Source of the DNA: Ostreococcus lucimarinus
Lineage: Eukaryota
Length of the DNA stretch: 64,000 nucleotides
Direction: 5' to 3' (one strand)
Assembly (NCBI GenBank): GCA_000092065.1
Contig: CP000595.1
Positions 20,653 to 31,867 of this stretch are shown piece by piece. A program made the position numbers and the translations under genes. Each line of letters opens with the position of its first letter. The first letter of the stretch is position 1. A model generated the notes under the pieces. It saw only the letters and a program-made list of their open reading frames with translations, was not told where the DNA came from and searched no databases.

Positions 20653-22908
20653 CTACACCTCGATCTCGAACATCTCTTCCGGTTCTTCCTTGGCTGGGGG
20701 TGGTGCACTGCGCGTAGGCTTAAGTTTTGGAATGTTCGGGGGCACTTCCCAACGAAGCAAACCCCAATTGATGGATTTGAAAAATGGGTGTGACTTAATT
20801 TCTTCGGCACCGCCGAGCGTGCCCAAGCGATTTGTCGTATCGTGCTGCAGTAATTTACCGACACAATCTTTGAAATCGTCGCTCATGGGAACGTCATCTG
20901 GGAACGTCACTTTCCCATCCGAGATTTTGTTGAACGTCTCTTCTCGCGTCGCCGATTTGAACGGTGTCGTGCCGTACGCCATCTCGTACATGAAAATGCC
21001 CAGTTCCCACCAGTCAACCGAACCGGAGTGGCCGGTACCGTTCAAAACCTCTGGGGAAAGATACTCTTCCGTGCCGACAAAAGAGTTCGTGAATGTGAAC
21101 GGTTCCGCCATAAGCATGGGATTGGAACCGTTCTTTGGCAGTCGCGGCGGCTTGAGTGACTTCTTTGACGACGCTTGCTCGACGGCTCGCTCGCCGGCGA
21201 TCCAAGACGGGTTCCCAGGTTGAATATTAATGTGCGGTTTGCATGTCGCGCAAAACGACAGGTCGAAATCGGTGATAACGATGTGCCCACTACGACGTAG
21301 CAAAACGTTCTCCGGTTTCAAGTCTCTGTACACGAATCCGAGCAAGTGCAGGTACTGGAGCGCCACGAGTACTTCCGCCGCGTAAAACCTCGTCGCATTT
21401 TCGCTCAGACGCCTGTCTGGAATCTTTTGCAGGAAGTCATATAGCTCGCCTCCTTCGCAATACTCCATCAAAAAGTACACGTGAGTCGCGGTTTGAAACG
21501 ACGCGAACAACGTCGCCACGAATGGGTGGTCGACTTCGTTCAAAATCGTCGACTCAGTGTGCAAACGGTGAAGCTTGTTGCGGTCGATGATTTCCTGCTT
21601 GGTCAAAATCTTCAATGCGAACGTGATATCTTGCTGTTTGGCGAGGGTAACCAAGTGCACGGTGCCCACATCGCCTTGTCCAATGCGCTTTACCGGCACG
21701 AAGTCGTCGATCGTTAAAGCTCTGGTGCCATCGTTCGTCGCCTTGCGCAGCGCCTCCCAATGACGACGATTTTCAATTTGATGAGGCTTGGGCGTGAGCA
21801 TTTTCCCGTGCATGCGCACCCACGGTGGCTCGAACTCTTTGTCTTTTGCCGTCGCACCGGCGACCATACTCGCCGCGCCCTTCGATATGGCTATGTTCTC
21901 TTCATCCGTGCCCTTGAACGTGATCTCCGCGATCGACTCGTCCTCGGTGCTCGGATCGTGCGCGGTGATGTCCACCTGTACGCCCGCAAAAAATCGTACA
22001 ATTCCCTGGTCATCACGCACGGGGGCCAACGTGAACATGTTCCAAAACTGCTTTCCGCTCTTTGTGTAATTCAATAATCGCACCGTACACTCTTCCCCGA
22101 GCTCGATCGCCTGACGAATCTTCGCCACCGCCGCTCGATCCGTCTTCGGCCCTTGCAAAAACCGACAGTTCCGTCCCAAGATTTCATCCACAGAGTATCC
22201 AGTAAAATCCATGAAACCGTCGCTCGCGAACACGATCGGATGATCGGGCAACGACGGATCGGTGATGACGAACGATTGCTCGATGCGCTCGAGCGTCGAG
22301 GCCAAATCCAAACCCACGCGTCCCTTCCTCGCGCCCGCGTCGTCCACGCCATCCTCAGATAACCCTTCCGCCGCTCGCACCGCGTTCTCCACCTCGCTCA
22401 CGCGCCCTAGCGACACGGCTGCCGCGCGAGCGTCGTAGCGACTCGGCACTGGCATCCCTTCCTCATCGAAATCGATCCCTCGCTCGCCCGTCGTCGCGTC
22501 CTTCACCTCCGTCACGTCCACCTGCACGCCGATGTACTTCGCCACCGTCCCATCCGCCAGTTTCACCGGCGCGACGACGAGATAATTCCAAAACGGCGTC
22601 CCATCCTTCTTATAATTCAACAACCGCACGCTCCATCGATCGCCCCGCTTAATCGCCTCTCGCAGCTCGCGCACGTCGTTCCCATCCGTCGCCTCTCCCT
22701 GCAAAAATCGACAATTATGCCCGATCACCTCGTCCGCGCCGTACTGCGTCATCCGCAGGAACCCATCGCTCGCGTACACGATCGGACAATCCTCCCTCGT
22801 CGCGTCGCACACGGTGAACGTGTGATCGAACGCCGCGAACGCCCTCGCGACCTTGGCGTCCAGGCTCGGCGCGTGCGCGCCGCCCTCGATCGACCTCGCG
22901 CGCGACAT
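20653..22908 (-). CDS. PHOT: Phototropin (two LOV domains plus an AGC Ser/Thr kinase)
   Basis: LOV1 and LOV2 each carry a GxNCRFLQG block ([13 protein letters not shown]; [13 protein letters not shown]). The kinase carries [26 protein letters not shown] and [14 protein letters not shown] confirmed at 22908. Confidence 0.9.
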   Translation of the reverse strand: MSRARSIEGGAHAPSLDAKVARAFAAFDHTFTVCDATREDCPIVYASDGFLRMTQYGADEVIGHNCRFLQGEATDGNDVRELREAIKRGDRWSVRLLNYKKDGTPFWNYLVVAPVKLADGTVAKYIGVQVDVTEVKDATTGERGIDFDEEGMPVPSRYDARAAAVSLGRVSEVENAVRAAEGLSEDGVDDAGARKGRVGLDLASTLERIEQSFVITDPSLPDHPIVFASDGFMDFTGYSVDEILGRNCRFLQGPKTDRAAVAKIRQAIELGEECTVRLLNYTKSGKQFWNMFTLAPVRDDQGIVRFFAGVQVDITAHDPSTEDESIAEITFKGTDEENIAISKGAASMVAGATAKDKEFEPPWVRMHGKMLTPKPHQIENRRHWEALRKATNDGTRALTIDDFVPVKRIGQGDVGTVHLVTLAKQQDITFALKILTKQEIIDRNKLHRLHTESTILNEVDHPFVATLFASFQTATHVYFLMEYCEGGELYDFLQKIPDRRLSENATRFYAAEVLVALQYLHLLGFVYRDLKPENVLLRRSGHIVITDFDLSFCATCKPHINIQPGNPSWIAGERAVEQASSKKSLKPPRLPKNGSNPMLMAEPFTFTNSFVGTEEYLSPEVLNGTGHSGSVDWWELGIFMYEMAYGTTPFKSATREETFNKISDGKVTFPDDVPMSDDFKDCVGKLLQHDTTNRLGTLGGAEEIKSHPFFKSINWGLLRWEVPPNIPKLKPTRSAPPPAKEEPEEMFEIEV

Positions 22909-23335
22909 CGTCGCCGTCTCCTCGCGACGTCTCCCGCGTCGTCCCGCGCGTCGTCCCGCGCGTCGCCCCGCGCGTCACCGCGTCACCGCGTCACCGCGTC
23001 GCGCGTCGCGCCCTCAAGATAACGAATGCCCTCGCCGCCGCGTCCGCGCGCGTCGACGCGCGTCGACGCGCTCGCGCCGCGCGTCGCGCGTCGCGCGTCG
23101 CGACGCGCGTCGCGGTTCCGCGCGTCCGTCGCCGCGCGTCCGTCGACGGGCGCGCGTCGACGCGTTCTGGCGCGACGGGCGCGCCCAACCGTCGTCGTCG
23201 CACTCGGACGCGCGCGCGACGCGCCGACGACTCGACCCGCGCCGACGATGCGCGCGCGCTGACGACTCGACCCGCGCGACCGCGACCGCGACGACGCGCG
23301 ACGACGCGCGACGCGCGACCGCGACGACGACGCGA
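22909..23335. promoter_or_regulatory. Divergent (bidirectional) promoter region of GC-rich short tandem repeats between PHOT (-) and the ANK-RCC1-BTB gene (+)
   Basis: cgcgtcgtcccg x3, cgtcaccg x3, cgcgtcgacg x2 and similar repeats. No protein-like ORF. Confidence 0.4.
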
Positions 23336-26300
23336 ATGGATGCGACGACGACGACGACGCGAATGGACGCGTTCGCCGCGGCGCTGGGCGCGCTCGACGC
23401 CGTCAGGGCGGGATACGCGACGGGCGCGCGTCCGCGATGCCTCACCGCGATCGTGGACGCGTACGACGACGTGGCGGTGGAGGGGGCGATGCGGACGCTG
23501 AGCGGACGAGACGACGCGGCGGCGGTGGCGGCGCTGGCGAGACGACGCGCGAGGTGCGACGAGGGCGCGGCGAACGCGAGGGCGAGCGATCGGGACGATG
23601 GAGACGATGGGAAAGACGCGAAAGACGCTGGATTCGCGCCGACGCTGGATGTGGGGCGACAGGGCGTGGATGAGGAAAGCGGGTGGGGCGCGATGCACCA
23701 CGCGGCGCATTACGGCGCGTTGGCGTGCTGTCAAACGCTGTCAAAGACGTGTCGAAACGCGGATTGGGAGCGACCGCGCGATCGACGAGGACGGGGGGCG
23801 ATAGATTTGATCAGTGAAAAGTTGACGAGGGATCGGGCGAGGAAACGCGCGATCGGGGGTGGGGGAGACGAAGCGGCGCGAACGACGTTTGTGCGTTCGT
23901 TTGGAAGCGGGGCGAATTATTGCTTGGGGACCGGGAGCACGGAGACCGAGCGCAAGCCCGCGCGCGTGGAGGGGGCGCTGATGAAGGCGAACGTGTCGCG
24001 GGTGAGCACGTCCAAGTTTCACGCGCTCGCCGTGGATGAGAGCGGGAGCGTGTACGCGTGGGGGTGCGCTCGAGACGGAGTTTTGGGATTCGGACGCGAA
24101 CGCGGAGACGAGGCGGTGGTATTTCCGACGCTCGTGCGTAGCTTTGGATGCGACGTGCGCGTCGTGCGCGTTTCCGCGGGTCTCGCGCACAGCGCGGTGA
24201 CGACGGATGCGTTCGAGACGTTTACGTGGGGAAACGGAGCGCTCGGGCGATTGGGATACTCCGTCGCCGTCGACGATTCGGCGTCCGACGACGAACGCGA
24301 ACGCGAGCGGAGGTGCACACAATTCACGCCGCGTAAGGTGCCGAACATGGCTGGCGCGCGCGCCGTCGACGTGTCGTGCGGCGACACCTTCACGGCTGTG
24401 CTCGACGCCGACGGCGCGGTGTGGACGATGGGTTCGAACGCTCGAGGGGCGCTGGGATACTACCTCGGCGGCGGCGGCGACTCGCGAGACGGGCCGCACT
24501 CGAGCGTCGCCAAGCAGGTGGAATATTTAAAACACCGTGACGTCGTCGTGACCGGTGTGTCGAGCGCAAAACAACACGTCGTCGCGTGCTCGTCCGCCGG
24601 CGACGTGTACTCGTGGGGCAACGGATCCGTCTCTGTTCGTCGAGTTGTCATCCCGAAAGCGTCAGCCGACGGCACGCGATGGCACGAGCTCGATCAAAAG
24701 ATTATCAAGGTTTCTGCGGGTGCCGCGCAAAGCGCGGCGCTCACCGCCGACGGTTGGGTGTACGTCTGGGACAGCGCGTCTGAACGCGTCGAAGCGCGGT
24801 TGCTCGCTGACGGCGACGGACCGGGTGGACGCGCCGTCGACGTGTCGTGCGGAGCGACGTCTTCCGCCATCGTCACCGACACTGGTGATGTGTACACGTG
24901 GGAGTCGACTGAGCTCGAAGTCGTCGACACGGCGTCGAAGAACGTGCTCTCGTCGGCGTCGCCAAAATCTTTCGCGAGTTCCGGTGAATTTGCGGCGAAG
25001 CGACGATGCGGGGCACTTCGTCGTGTCAGCGGATTGAAGGGTGTCGCGAGCGCGTGCGTAGGAGACGCGCATGTGTTGGTGCTGCAAGCGATTTCGCGTC
25101 CGCAATTTTCTCTGGGGCGGTTGGATCCGCGGCGAAAGAAGGCGTCTGTAGAATCCGAGCTCGATCGCTTGATTCGCGACATCGGTTCCGTCGTCGTGTC
25201 CCCGCCTCGACCTCGCGACGAAGAAGACGTGGAAGAAAGCGAGGAAGAAGAGGACTTTGAAGACGATGAAAGCGAGTTCCCGTCTTTGAACGTGTTGGCG
25301 CAACACGCCGTGGCGAAATTCATCGAACCGAGAAACGTGTTGAATGTTGTGCAGCTCGCCGATCAAATTAACGCCGTGGCGCTGAAGCGGTTCGCCATCG
25401 AGTACGCGGTGAAGAACCTCGACGTCGTTTTGTTGGAAACACCGAAGGCGAGTTTCGATTCGCTCGAGGAGGAGACTTTGGAGGACATCACCCAGGTACT
25501 GCGTTCGGGCGATGTCGTCGGCGGGTGGACGGAAGCCGCCACGGCGACGCGAAGCGTGGGTCGTGAGCCGGACGATGAAATCGAGCGTGCGGCAAAATTA
25601 GCGCCTCGTGCGAGAGCTCAACCCAAAGTGCACGAAGAAAAGGTTGACGTCGGCAAACCGCCGCTCGCGTCGCAAGTCGTCGCGAAGGCCGCACCTCGAA
25701 CGCCGCCGTCGTCTTCTTCCCGCGTCAAGGGTTCATTGAGTATGTTTCTTTCGGGTGAATTGGATAAAGACACTTCGACGCCGAGCGCACCATCGAGCAA
25801 CGTCGCGTTATCTTTGCGAGACATCCAATCACAGCAAGAGCGAGCGGCGAGTCGGTCGAAATCGCTCGAGCCGAGCGGGGCGGCGCCGGCGCCGATGTTC
25901 TCGCCGTCGCCCTCAAGCCCGGGTGCGTTCTCTCTCGGTGATCTCTTGAGACGCACCGCGGCGTCGTCATCGTCAAAGAAACCAGCCTGGCGACCTCCGA
26001 AAAGCGCATCACCGACGATGCGTGAGATCATCGCCGCCGAAGCCTCCGCGCAGGCGGCGGCGTTCGCCACGACGACGGGTTTTGACGTCGCCCGCGCTTC
26101 GCCCACCGACCGCTCGTCGTGGTACGTCGCCGAACCTAGCGACCGTAAAAAATCACTGCGTGAAATCCTCGACGAAGAGCGCCAGCGCTCCGCCGAAGAG
26201 GCTGAACTCGCCCTCGCGCTCGAAGCCATCGCTCGGCTCGAGCGCGGCGCCGGCGACAAGAAATCCGCCCCCAGGCGTCGCCGAGGCGGCGCGCGCGGCA

Positions 26301-26362
26301 AAGGCAAGGCTGTCGAGCCCACGAAAGCGAACGCGCGCAGAAAAAACACTAGCCCAACGTAG
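23336..26362 (+). CDS. Ankyrin + RCC1-repeat + BTB/BACK-like protein (IBTK-like architecture)
   Basis: The ANK-like block is WGAMHHAAHYGALACC. RCC1 repeats include VYAWGCARDGVLGFG, FTWGNGALGRLGY, VWTMGSNARGALGY and VYSWGNGS. BTB/BACK-like segment FPSLNVLAQHAVAKFIEP...VKNLDVVL. Lys/Ser-rich tail. The start was set to the first ATG past the PHOT overlap and is uncertain. Confidence 0.6.
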   Translation: MDATTTTTRMDAFAAALGALDAVRAGYATGARPRCLTAIVDAYDDVAVEGAMRTLSGRDDAAAVAALARRRARCDEGAANARASDRDDGDDGKDAKDAGFAPTLDVGRQGVDEESGWGAMHHAAHYGALACCQTLSKTCRNADWERPRDRRGRGAIDLISEKLTRDRARKRAIGGGGDEAARTTFVRSFGSGANYCLGTGSTETERKPARVEGALMKANVSRVSTSKFHALAVDESGSVYAWGCARDGVLGFGRERGDEAVVFPTLVRSFGCDVRVVRVSAGLAHSAVTTDAFETFTWGNGALGRLGYSVAVDDSASDDERERERRCTQFTPRKVPNMAGARAVDVSCGDTFTAVLDADGAVWTMGSNARGALGYYLGGGGDSRDGPHSSVAKQVEYLKHRDVVVTGVSSAKQHVVACSSAGDVYSWGNGSVSVRRVVIPKASADGTRWHELDQKIIKVSAGAAQSAALTADGWVYVWDSASERVEARLLADGDGPGGRAVDVSCGATSSAIVTDTGDVYTWESTELEVVDTASKNVLSSASPKSFASSGEFAAKRRCGALRRVSGLKGVASACVGDAHVLVLQAISRPQFSLGRLDPRRKKASVESELDRLIRDIGSVVVSPPRPRDEEDVEESEEEEDFEDDESEFPSLNVLAQHAVAKFIEPRNVLNVVQLADQINAVALKRFAIEYAVKNLDVVLLETPKASFDSLEEETLEDITQVLRSGDVVGGWTEAATATRSVGREPDDEIERAAKLAPRARAQPKVHEEKVDVGKPPLASQVVAKAAPRTPPSSSSRVKGSLSMFLSGELDKDTSTPSAPSSNVALSLRDIQSQQERAASRSKSLEPSGAAPAPMFSPSPSSPGAFSLGDLLRRTAASSSSKKPAWRPPKSASPTMREIIAAEASAQAAAFATTTGFDVARASPTDRSSWYVAEPSDRKKSLREILDEERQRSAEEAELALALEAIARLERGAGDKKSAPRRRRGGARGKGKAVEPTKANARRKNTSPT

Positions 26363-26556
26363 TCCAGCCGTAGCGAGCTTAGAAGTTTAGAAATTCCACT
26401 TCGCGCCGGGTCGCGGCGCGAGCCCCGGACCTATTGAAAACCCTCGAGTTCAACAGCCATTGTGTCACACGCCGCCTCGCTCGCCGAGCCCGCCGTCCCG
26501 CCCCCCCCGAACGCGCGAAGCGTCTTCTATCGTCTCTTCCTCACCCACCGCGCGCG

Positions 26557-27903
26557 ATGCACGCCTGCGCCGTCGCGCGCACCGCCGCCACGACCGTCTC
26601 GGCGAAGACGCTCAAGACGAACGCGCCGCGTCGCGCGGTCGTCAAGCCCGCGCGACGCTCGAACGTCGTCTCGCGCGGCGTCGGACCTTCGGGTGACGTG
26701 AAAAAAGTCGTCCTGGCGTACTCCGGTGGCCTGGACACGTCCATCATCCTGAAGTGGTTGCAAGACACGTACGGGTGCGAAGTCGTGACGTTTACGGCGG
26801 ACCTGGGGCAGGGAGAAGAACTCGAACCGGCGCGCGCGAAAGCGGCGCAATTCGGTGTCAAGGAAATATTCGTGGATGATTTGCGAGAGGAGTTCGTGCG
26901 GGACTACGTGTTCCCGATGTTTCGAGCGAACGCGTTGTACGAAGGGACGTATCTGCTGGGGACGTCCATCGCGCGACCGCTCATCGCGAAGAGACAGATT
27001 GAAATTGCGAAGCAAGTTGGCGCCGATGCGGTGTGCCACGGGGCGACTGGGAAAGGGAACGATCAAGTTCGATTCGAGCTCGGATATTACGGCTTGAAGC
27101 CGGACGTCAAGGTGATCGCGCCGTGGAGAGAATGGGATTTGAACTCGCGAACCAAGTTGTTGGCGTACGCCGACGAGGCGGGGATCCCGGTGGCGCAATC
27201 GAAGCGTCAAGACGCTCCGTACTCCACCGATGCCAACTTGTTGCACATTTCTTACGAAGGCAACGCTTTGGAGGATCCGTGGGTTGAATACTCGGAAGAT
27301 ATGTTCACGCGATCGGTGAGCCCGGAGAACGCCCCGGATAAGCCGACGTACATTGAAGTCGAGTTCGAAAAGGGTGACCCGGTGGCCATCGATGGCGTGA
27401 AATACTCCCCGGCCGATATGCTCGCCAAGCTCAACCAGCTCGGTGGCGACAACGGCATTGGGCGCTTGGATATTGTTGAATCTCGCTTTGTCGGCATGAA
27501 GTCGCGAGGCGTGTACGAGACGCCCGGTGGGACGATTTTGCTCGCCGTCCGCCGCGCGCTCGAAACCATCTGCCTCGATCGCGGTGAGATGCACTACAAG
27601 GATCAAATGATGCCGCAATACGCTGAACTCATCTACAACGGTTTCTGGTTCTCCCCGGAACGCGAAATGATGCAAGCCGCCATCGACACGTGCTCCGAAA
27701 GCGTCACCGGTACGGTGCGCGCCAAACTCTACAAGGGCAACGTCATCGTCGTCGGTCGCAAGGCTGCCAACACTCTCTACGACGATCGTCTCTCCACGTT
27801 CGAAGAAGACGGTGGTGCGTACGACCAAAAGGACGCTGCTGGTTTTATCAAGCTTCAAGCGCTTCGCTTGCGCACCCTCAAGGTTGCTCGGGAAAAGAAG
27901 TAA
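26557..27903 (+). CDS. argG: Argininosuccinate synthase
   Basis: [12 protein letters not shown] (PP-loop) plus canonical ASS blocks ([24 protein letters not shown]). Transit-peptide-like N-terminus. ATG at 26557. Confidence 0.9.
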   Translation: MHACAVARTAATTVSAKTLKTNAPRRAVVKPARRSNVVSRGVGPSGDVKKVVLAYSGGLDTSIILKWLQDTYGCEVVTFTADLGQGEELEPARAKAAQFGVKEIFVDDLREEFVRDYVFPMFRANALYEGTYLLGTSIARPLIAKRQIEIAKQVGADAVCHGATGKGNDQVRFELGYYGLKPDVKVIAPWREWDLNSRTKLLAYADEAGIPVAQSKRQDAPYSTDANLLHISYEGNALEDPWVEYSEDMFTRSVSPENAPDKPTYIEVEFEKGDPVAIDGVKYSPADMLAKLNQLGGDNGIGRLDIVESRFVGMKSRGVYETPGGTILLAVRRALETICLDRGEMHYKDQMMPQYAELIYNGFWFSPEREMMQAAIDTCSESVTGTVRAKLYKGNVIVVGRKAANTLYDDRLSTFEEDGGAYDQKDAAGFIKLQALRLRTLKVAREKK

Positions 27904-27915
27904 ACGCATTCGTCA

Positions 27916-27920
27916 TGTAA
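27916..27920 (+). terminator. TGTAA green-algal poly(A) signal downstream of argG
   Basis: The TGTAA pentamer lies 13 nt after the stop, inside a 107-bp convergent spacer. Confidence 0.4.
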
Positions 27921-28010
27921 TCAATTTATTGTCGGTGGACATCGTTTGCCTAAGTCGAGTCTCTATTATTATATTGTCTAATCGCTACGATGTGCTAAAC
28001 GTGACGAGAT

Positions 28011-29582
28011 CTACGGCGCGCGGCGCCTGTCACTTTCGACGCGCGAGAACGCGGCAGCCTCAAACATTTTGATGACGTCGGATGGAATCTTCATTCCGTC
28101 CGGTGGTGGTGGAAGGAGCATCGGATCGTCGCAACACGCCGCGTACGCGCGCGCATACGCCGGTACTAAGTCCTCAGGCCACTTGAAATCTCGAAGACGT
28201 GACTCGATTGTTTCCGCGAGCGACGTATGAAATGCCATTTCTTTGTCAGACGCGGCGACGACGGCGGCTTTCTCTCGTGCGCGCACCAATCGACGCGCGC
28301 GCGCGTACGTGGCGTCGTAGTACAAACGCGCGTGCACCTTCTCTTTCGCACAATCTGATTCTTCGACGACAGGCCTCTCCGCAGGTTCTTCACTCGCAAC
28401 ATACACGCGCATGCGAAGATCAATTGCGCACACGGGTTGTTTTTCCTCAACCAAGGCGAGCCAAAACGAACGCTTCGCCCCTCCGTCGCGCTCCGTGAGT
28501 AATCTATGAACGGAAATCTTGGCACATCCCATGAAGAGCGACTTACCTTGGCGATTCAAGTGGTAGACACGTATCGCGACCACATCCGCGGCGGACGATT
28601 TGCGTTCCGTCGCGACGGTGAATTTCATCGCGTGATTCCACACAGGATCCTTCGTGCCCGCGCGTGGTGCCGTGGCGTGGAGTTGTGTTCCGCACATCAC
28701 CTCGGCGTACGCGTTACTCGTGCCAAAGACGTCGCCGGCGCTGAGGTCCATCGCACGCGCCGCAATGATTCGCAAGTCAGTGCGCGCGTCGTCTTTGAAG
28801 TATGCGATCACGTTCATCTTACCCAGACACTCGAGTTTTGTCGTCAATTGTCGCCATTCTACGTCGCGAATCGCAGCGTGAGTATCCATCGGTCGCGCCG
28901 CCTTGATTTCACGCACGCGCACCGCGTATTGACTCAGTAAATCGTCGTCGCCCACCATGTCATGATCCCACAACTCAAACGTCACGTACGATTCTGAGCC
29001 ACGATCTACGCGCTCAAACTCAAAGGTCTCGTTCCACACCGGGTCGAGCGTTTTCTTCACCGTCTCCGTTCTGAACGAGTCCTTCCCGGCATGATGGCCG
29101 AACGCATCGCCGCTCGCGACGGCTAACGCCTTAATTTTGGCCGTCGACTCGTTGACGCGATGTAACTTGACAACGACGTACGGGTCAGACAGCCCCGATA
29201 AATCGGATCCCTTGATCCCGTGCGCGCTCACCACCTTCACTCGCAACATCCCATCGATTTCGTGGTCAAAGTAACACTGAAATTTTAGTCGCCCTAGTTT
29301 CTCCGGCACGCGAAGCTCGTGATTCAACTCGATCCACCGCGCCGGTTCGCCCGCCTCGATCGTCGGCACGCGCCTCGCCAAAATCTCACACGTTCCCAGC
29401 GCGTATCGCATCTTTACGTCGTTCGTCTCCCCTTCTTTCGCGCCGCTTCCCCGAAACACGCTCGCTCGCACGACGTCGTTTAAAGAAACATCCGTCACGT
29501 ACACCTCAAACGTCGTCTTCACCGCCGCCTCACGCTGCGCATCCCGAACGACGCCGCGACTCTTTTGTCGCTGTCGCTCCAT
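28011..29582 (-). CDS. Multiple C2-domain protein
   Basis: Two C2-like domains (LRVKVVSAHGIKGSDLSGLSDPYVVVKL...DPVWNETFEF; DLSAGDVFGTSNAYAEVMCG...KDPVWNH). The track ORF starts with GTG at 29762. The first ATG is at 29582, although the 60 codons upstream look coding. A 5' exon is possible. Confidence 0.6.
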   Translation of the reverse strand: MERQRQKSRGVVRDAQREAAVKTTFEVYVTDVSLNDVVRASVFRGSGAKEGETNDVKMRYALGTCEILARRVPTIEAGEPARWIELNHELRVPEKLGRLKFQCYFDHEIDGMLRVKVVSAHGIKGSDLSGLSDPYVVVKLHRVNESTAKIKALAVASGDAFGHHAGKDSFRTETVKKTLDPVWNETFEFERVDRGSESYVTFELWDHDMVGDDDLLSQYAVRVREIKAARPMDTHAAIRDVEWRQLTTKLECLGKMNVIAYFKDDARTDLRIIAARAMDLSAGDVFGTSNAYAEVMCGTQLHATAPRAGTKDPVWNHAMKFTVATERKSSAADVVAIRVYHLNRQGKSLFMGCAKISVHRLLTERDGGAKRSFWLALVEEKQPVCAIDLRMRVYVASEEPAERPVVEESDCAKEKVHARLYYDATYARARRLVRAREKAAVVAASDKEMAFHTSLAETIESRLRDFKWPEDLVPAYARAYAACCDDPMLLPPPPDGMKIPSDVIKMFEAAAFSRVESDRRRAP

Positions 29583-30157
29583 CGCGTACCGCACCGGCGC
29601 CTCTTCGTACGACGTCGCGAATCCGTGCGAGCTCGCGTTCGCCTTCTCGCTCGGCTCGACGTTCACCTGCGAGTGACGCTCGCGCGCGCGCTCGGTCAGC
29701 GATACGAACGACGGCGACGCGACGACGACGCGACCGCGCGATGCGAGCGCGCGAGATTCCACGACGCGTCGCGACGCACCGTCGCGTGCACGCGGTGGAC
29801 GTCGCGCGGTAGACCGCGCGCACCGTCGATTTCGACAACCAACTTTAACGGTTTCGGACGGTCGCGCGCCGCTCTCGCCTTGGCGCGCGCGCGGCTCTCG
29901 TCGACGCCGCGCGCGATGACGCGTCCGACGGCGTCGTACTGGATCTCGCGCGACGGCGCCGACGACGGCGCGGCGTCGACGTCGGACATCGCGCGCGGCG
30001 ACGCGAGGCGACGTGTGCGGCGGAAACGCTCGCGGAGGAAACGCTCGACGCGCGAGAAACGCGTCGCGGAGAAAAGAACCTGGGGAATGAATCGACTACG
30101 CGAACGGCGCGCCTCGCGCCGCGATCTACGGGCTACGCGACGCGGTGCGCCGCCGCT

Positions 30158-31387
30158 CTACGCGACTCGCGTCGCGCTGCACGCGAAGGCGCGAAAAGCG
30201 TCGCGCGCGTGGCCGCGCGCGGCGTCGGCGAAAAGAAACGCGGGCTCGCGCGAGGCGGCGATGGCGCTCGTGACGTCCACGGGGTGCAGACGCGCGCGTT
30301 CCAGCGCGTCGATCAGGACGTCCATCGTCGTCGCTTGACGCACGGCGCTCACGACGAACGCGCACGGCGTTCGAGCGTACCGGTCTCTGATGACTTCTCG
30401 GGCTCGAGACGCCTCGAGCGTCTCGAGCGTCGTCGGCGCGCTCTCGTCGTCGGCGCCGCGAGCGCGCAAAAGCGCGCGGAGCGCTCGAACGAGTCCTGGA
30501 ATGAGGGTCGGGTCGTACGAGCAATCGGCGGCGAGAACAAAGTCCGCGTTCACGGCGCCCAAGACCTCGACGGGCGCGCGCTCCCAATCTAAATCGCGAA
30601 CCGACACGACGAGCGCTTCGTCCGGCGTCGACCGCTTCGCGACGGGCGCGTCGAGGGCGTCGAACACCACTCGCGTCGCGCCGTCGCCGTCCATATCTAC
30701 GTTGAGCCGCACGTTGTCGCGCAAGTTTTCCAACGTTTGCGCGTCGCGATCCGTGAGCACCAACGCCGCGGGCGCGCACCGCGCCATCGCGACTCCCGCG
30801 ACGCCAACACCGCTTCCGAGCTCTACGACCGCGCGTCCGCGCACCAGCGCCTCGCTCGCGAGCCGCGACATCACGAACTCGCTCGCGACGAAACCCGCCG
30901 GCCACGCGAAAGCTCCCGTGCTCCCCGCCAACGCGTCGCTCTGCGTCCTCGCTCGAATCGCGTCGACGTCGCGCGTCCCCAACGCCGTTCGCGCGTTCAT
31001 CTCTCGCGCGTCGATCGCCCGCGACCGCGCGTCGTCCTCGCACCGCGTCGCGCGTTCGTACGCGTACACGCAGTCGCGCCATCCGTCGCGCTCGCGCTCC
31101 CACGCCTCGTCGTCTCGCGCGTGCAGCGCCGCGGCCAGCGCGTCGTCCAACGCCAACCCCGCCGCGGCGATCGCCTTGCACGCCGCGCGCGCGACGCGCA
31201 CGGCGTACGACTTTGAAAATTTACTCGAAATTTCCAGCGCGCGCGCCAATCGCGCTTGCGCGTCCTCGTCGAGCGTCACCGCGCCGTCCGCGCGCGCGCA
31301 CCGCGCGAACAATGTATCGCAGTCTCTCTGCGCCAGCGCCACGGCGAGCGCGCGCGCCTCGGCGTGCGCCTCGTCGTCATCGCTCAT
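30158..31387 (-). CDS. Class I SAM-dependent methyltransferase (Methyltransf_16 / FAM86-METTL21-like protein-lysine MTase)
   Basis: Motif I VVELGSGVGVAGVAMA. The ALVLTDRD...LENLRDNVRLN pattern is typical of METTL21/FAM86. Start moved to the ATG at 31387. The upstream track extension is antisense to the cytochrome b5 gene. Confidence 0.6.
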   Translation of the reverse strand: MSDDDEAHAEARALAVALAQRDCDTLFARCARADGAVTLDEDAQARLARALEISSKFSKSYAVRVARAACKAIAAAGLALDDALAAALHARDDEAWERERDGWRDCVYAYERATRCEDDARSRAIDAREMNARTALGTRDVDAIRARTQSDALAGSTGAFAWPAGFVASEFVMSRLASEALVRGRAVVELGSGVGVAGVAMARCAPAALVLTDRDAQTLENLRDNVRLNVDMDGDGATRVVFDALDAPVAKRSTPDEALVVSVRDLDWERAPVEVLGAVNADFVLAADCSYDPTLIPGLVRALRALLRARGADDESAPTTLETLEASRAREVIRDRYARTPCAFVVSAVRQATTMDVLIDALERARLHPVDVTSAIAASREPAFLFADAARGHARDAFRAFACSATRVA

Positions 31388-31471
31388 GCGCCGCGGAGTG
31401 ATGGGCGACACAAACCGTCGCGTCGTCGTCGACGCCGGACGCGCGCGCGCGACGCCGTCCGGCGCGCGACG

Positions 31472-31867
31472 ATGCGCGAGGCGACGCTCGCGTCCGCGCC
31501 GCCGCCCGCGCCGCTGCTCATCGCGCGCACGCTCGTCGTCGCGGTGGTTTTGTACTTTATCGCGCAAAAGTTGAACGATCGACGACGACGCGCGCGCGCC
31601 GTCGCGACGCCGTCGCGCGCGCCCGTCGATCGCGCGACGACGTACTCGAGAGAAGACGTCGCCAAGCACGCCGCGCGCGACGATCTGTGGGTGATCATCG
31701 ACGGCAAGGTGTACGATTTGACCGAGTACGTGGACGAACACCCGGGCGGCGCGGACGCCATCGCGCGAAACGCGGGCGGAGACGCGACGACTGGATTCAA
31801 CGGGCCGCAGCACCCGTCGAGAGTGTTCGACATCGTGGACGATTACTTGATCGGCGCGTTGAAGTGA
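31472..31867 (+). CDS. Cytochrome b5-domain protein with an N-terminal membrane anchor
   Basis: The heme-binding block HPGG sits in DLWVIIDGKVYDLTEYVDEHPGGADAI. The track ORF starts with TTG; the first ATG is at 31472. An 84-bp divergent spacer separates it from the methyltransferase gene. Confidence 0.75.
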   Translation: MREATLASAPPPAPLLIARTLVVAVVLYFIAQKLNDRRRRARAVATPSRAPVDRATTYSREDVAKHAARDDLWVIIDGKVYDLTEYVDEHPGGADAIARNAGGDATTGFNGPQHPSRVFDIVDDYLIGALK

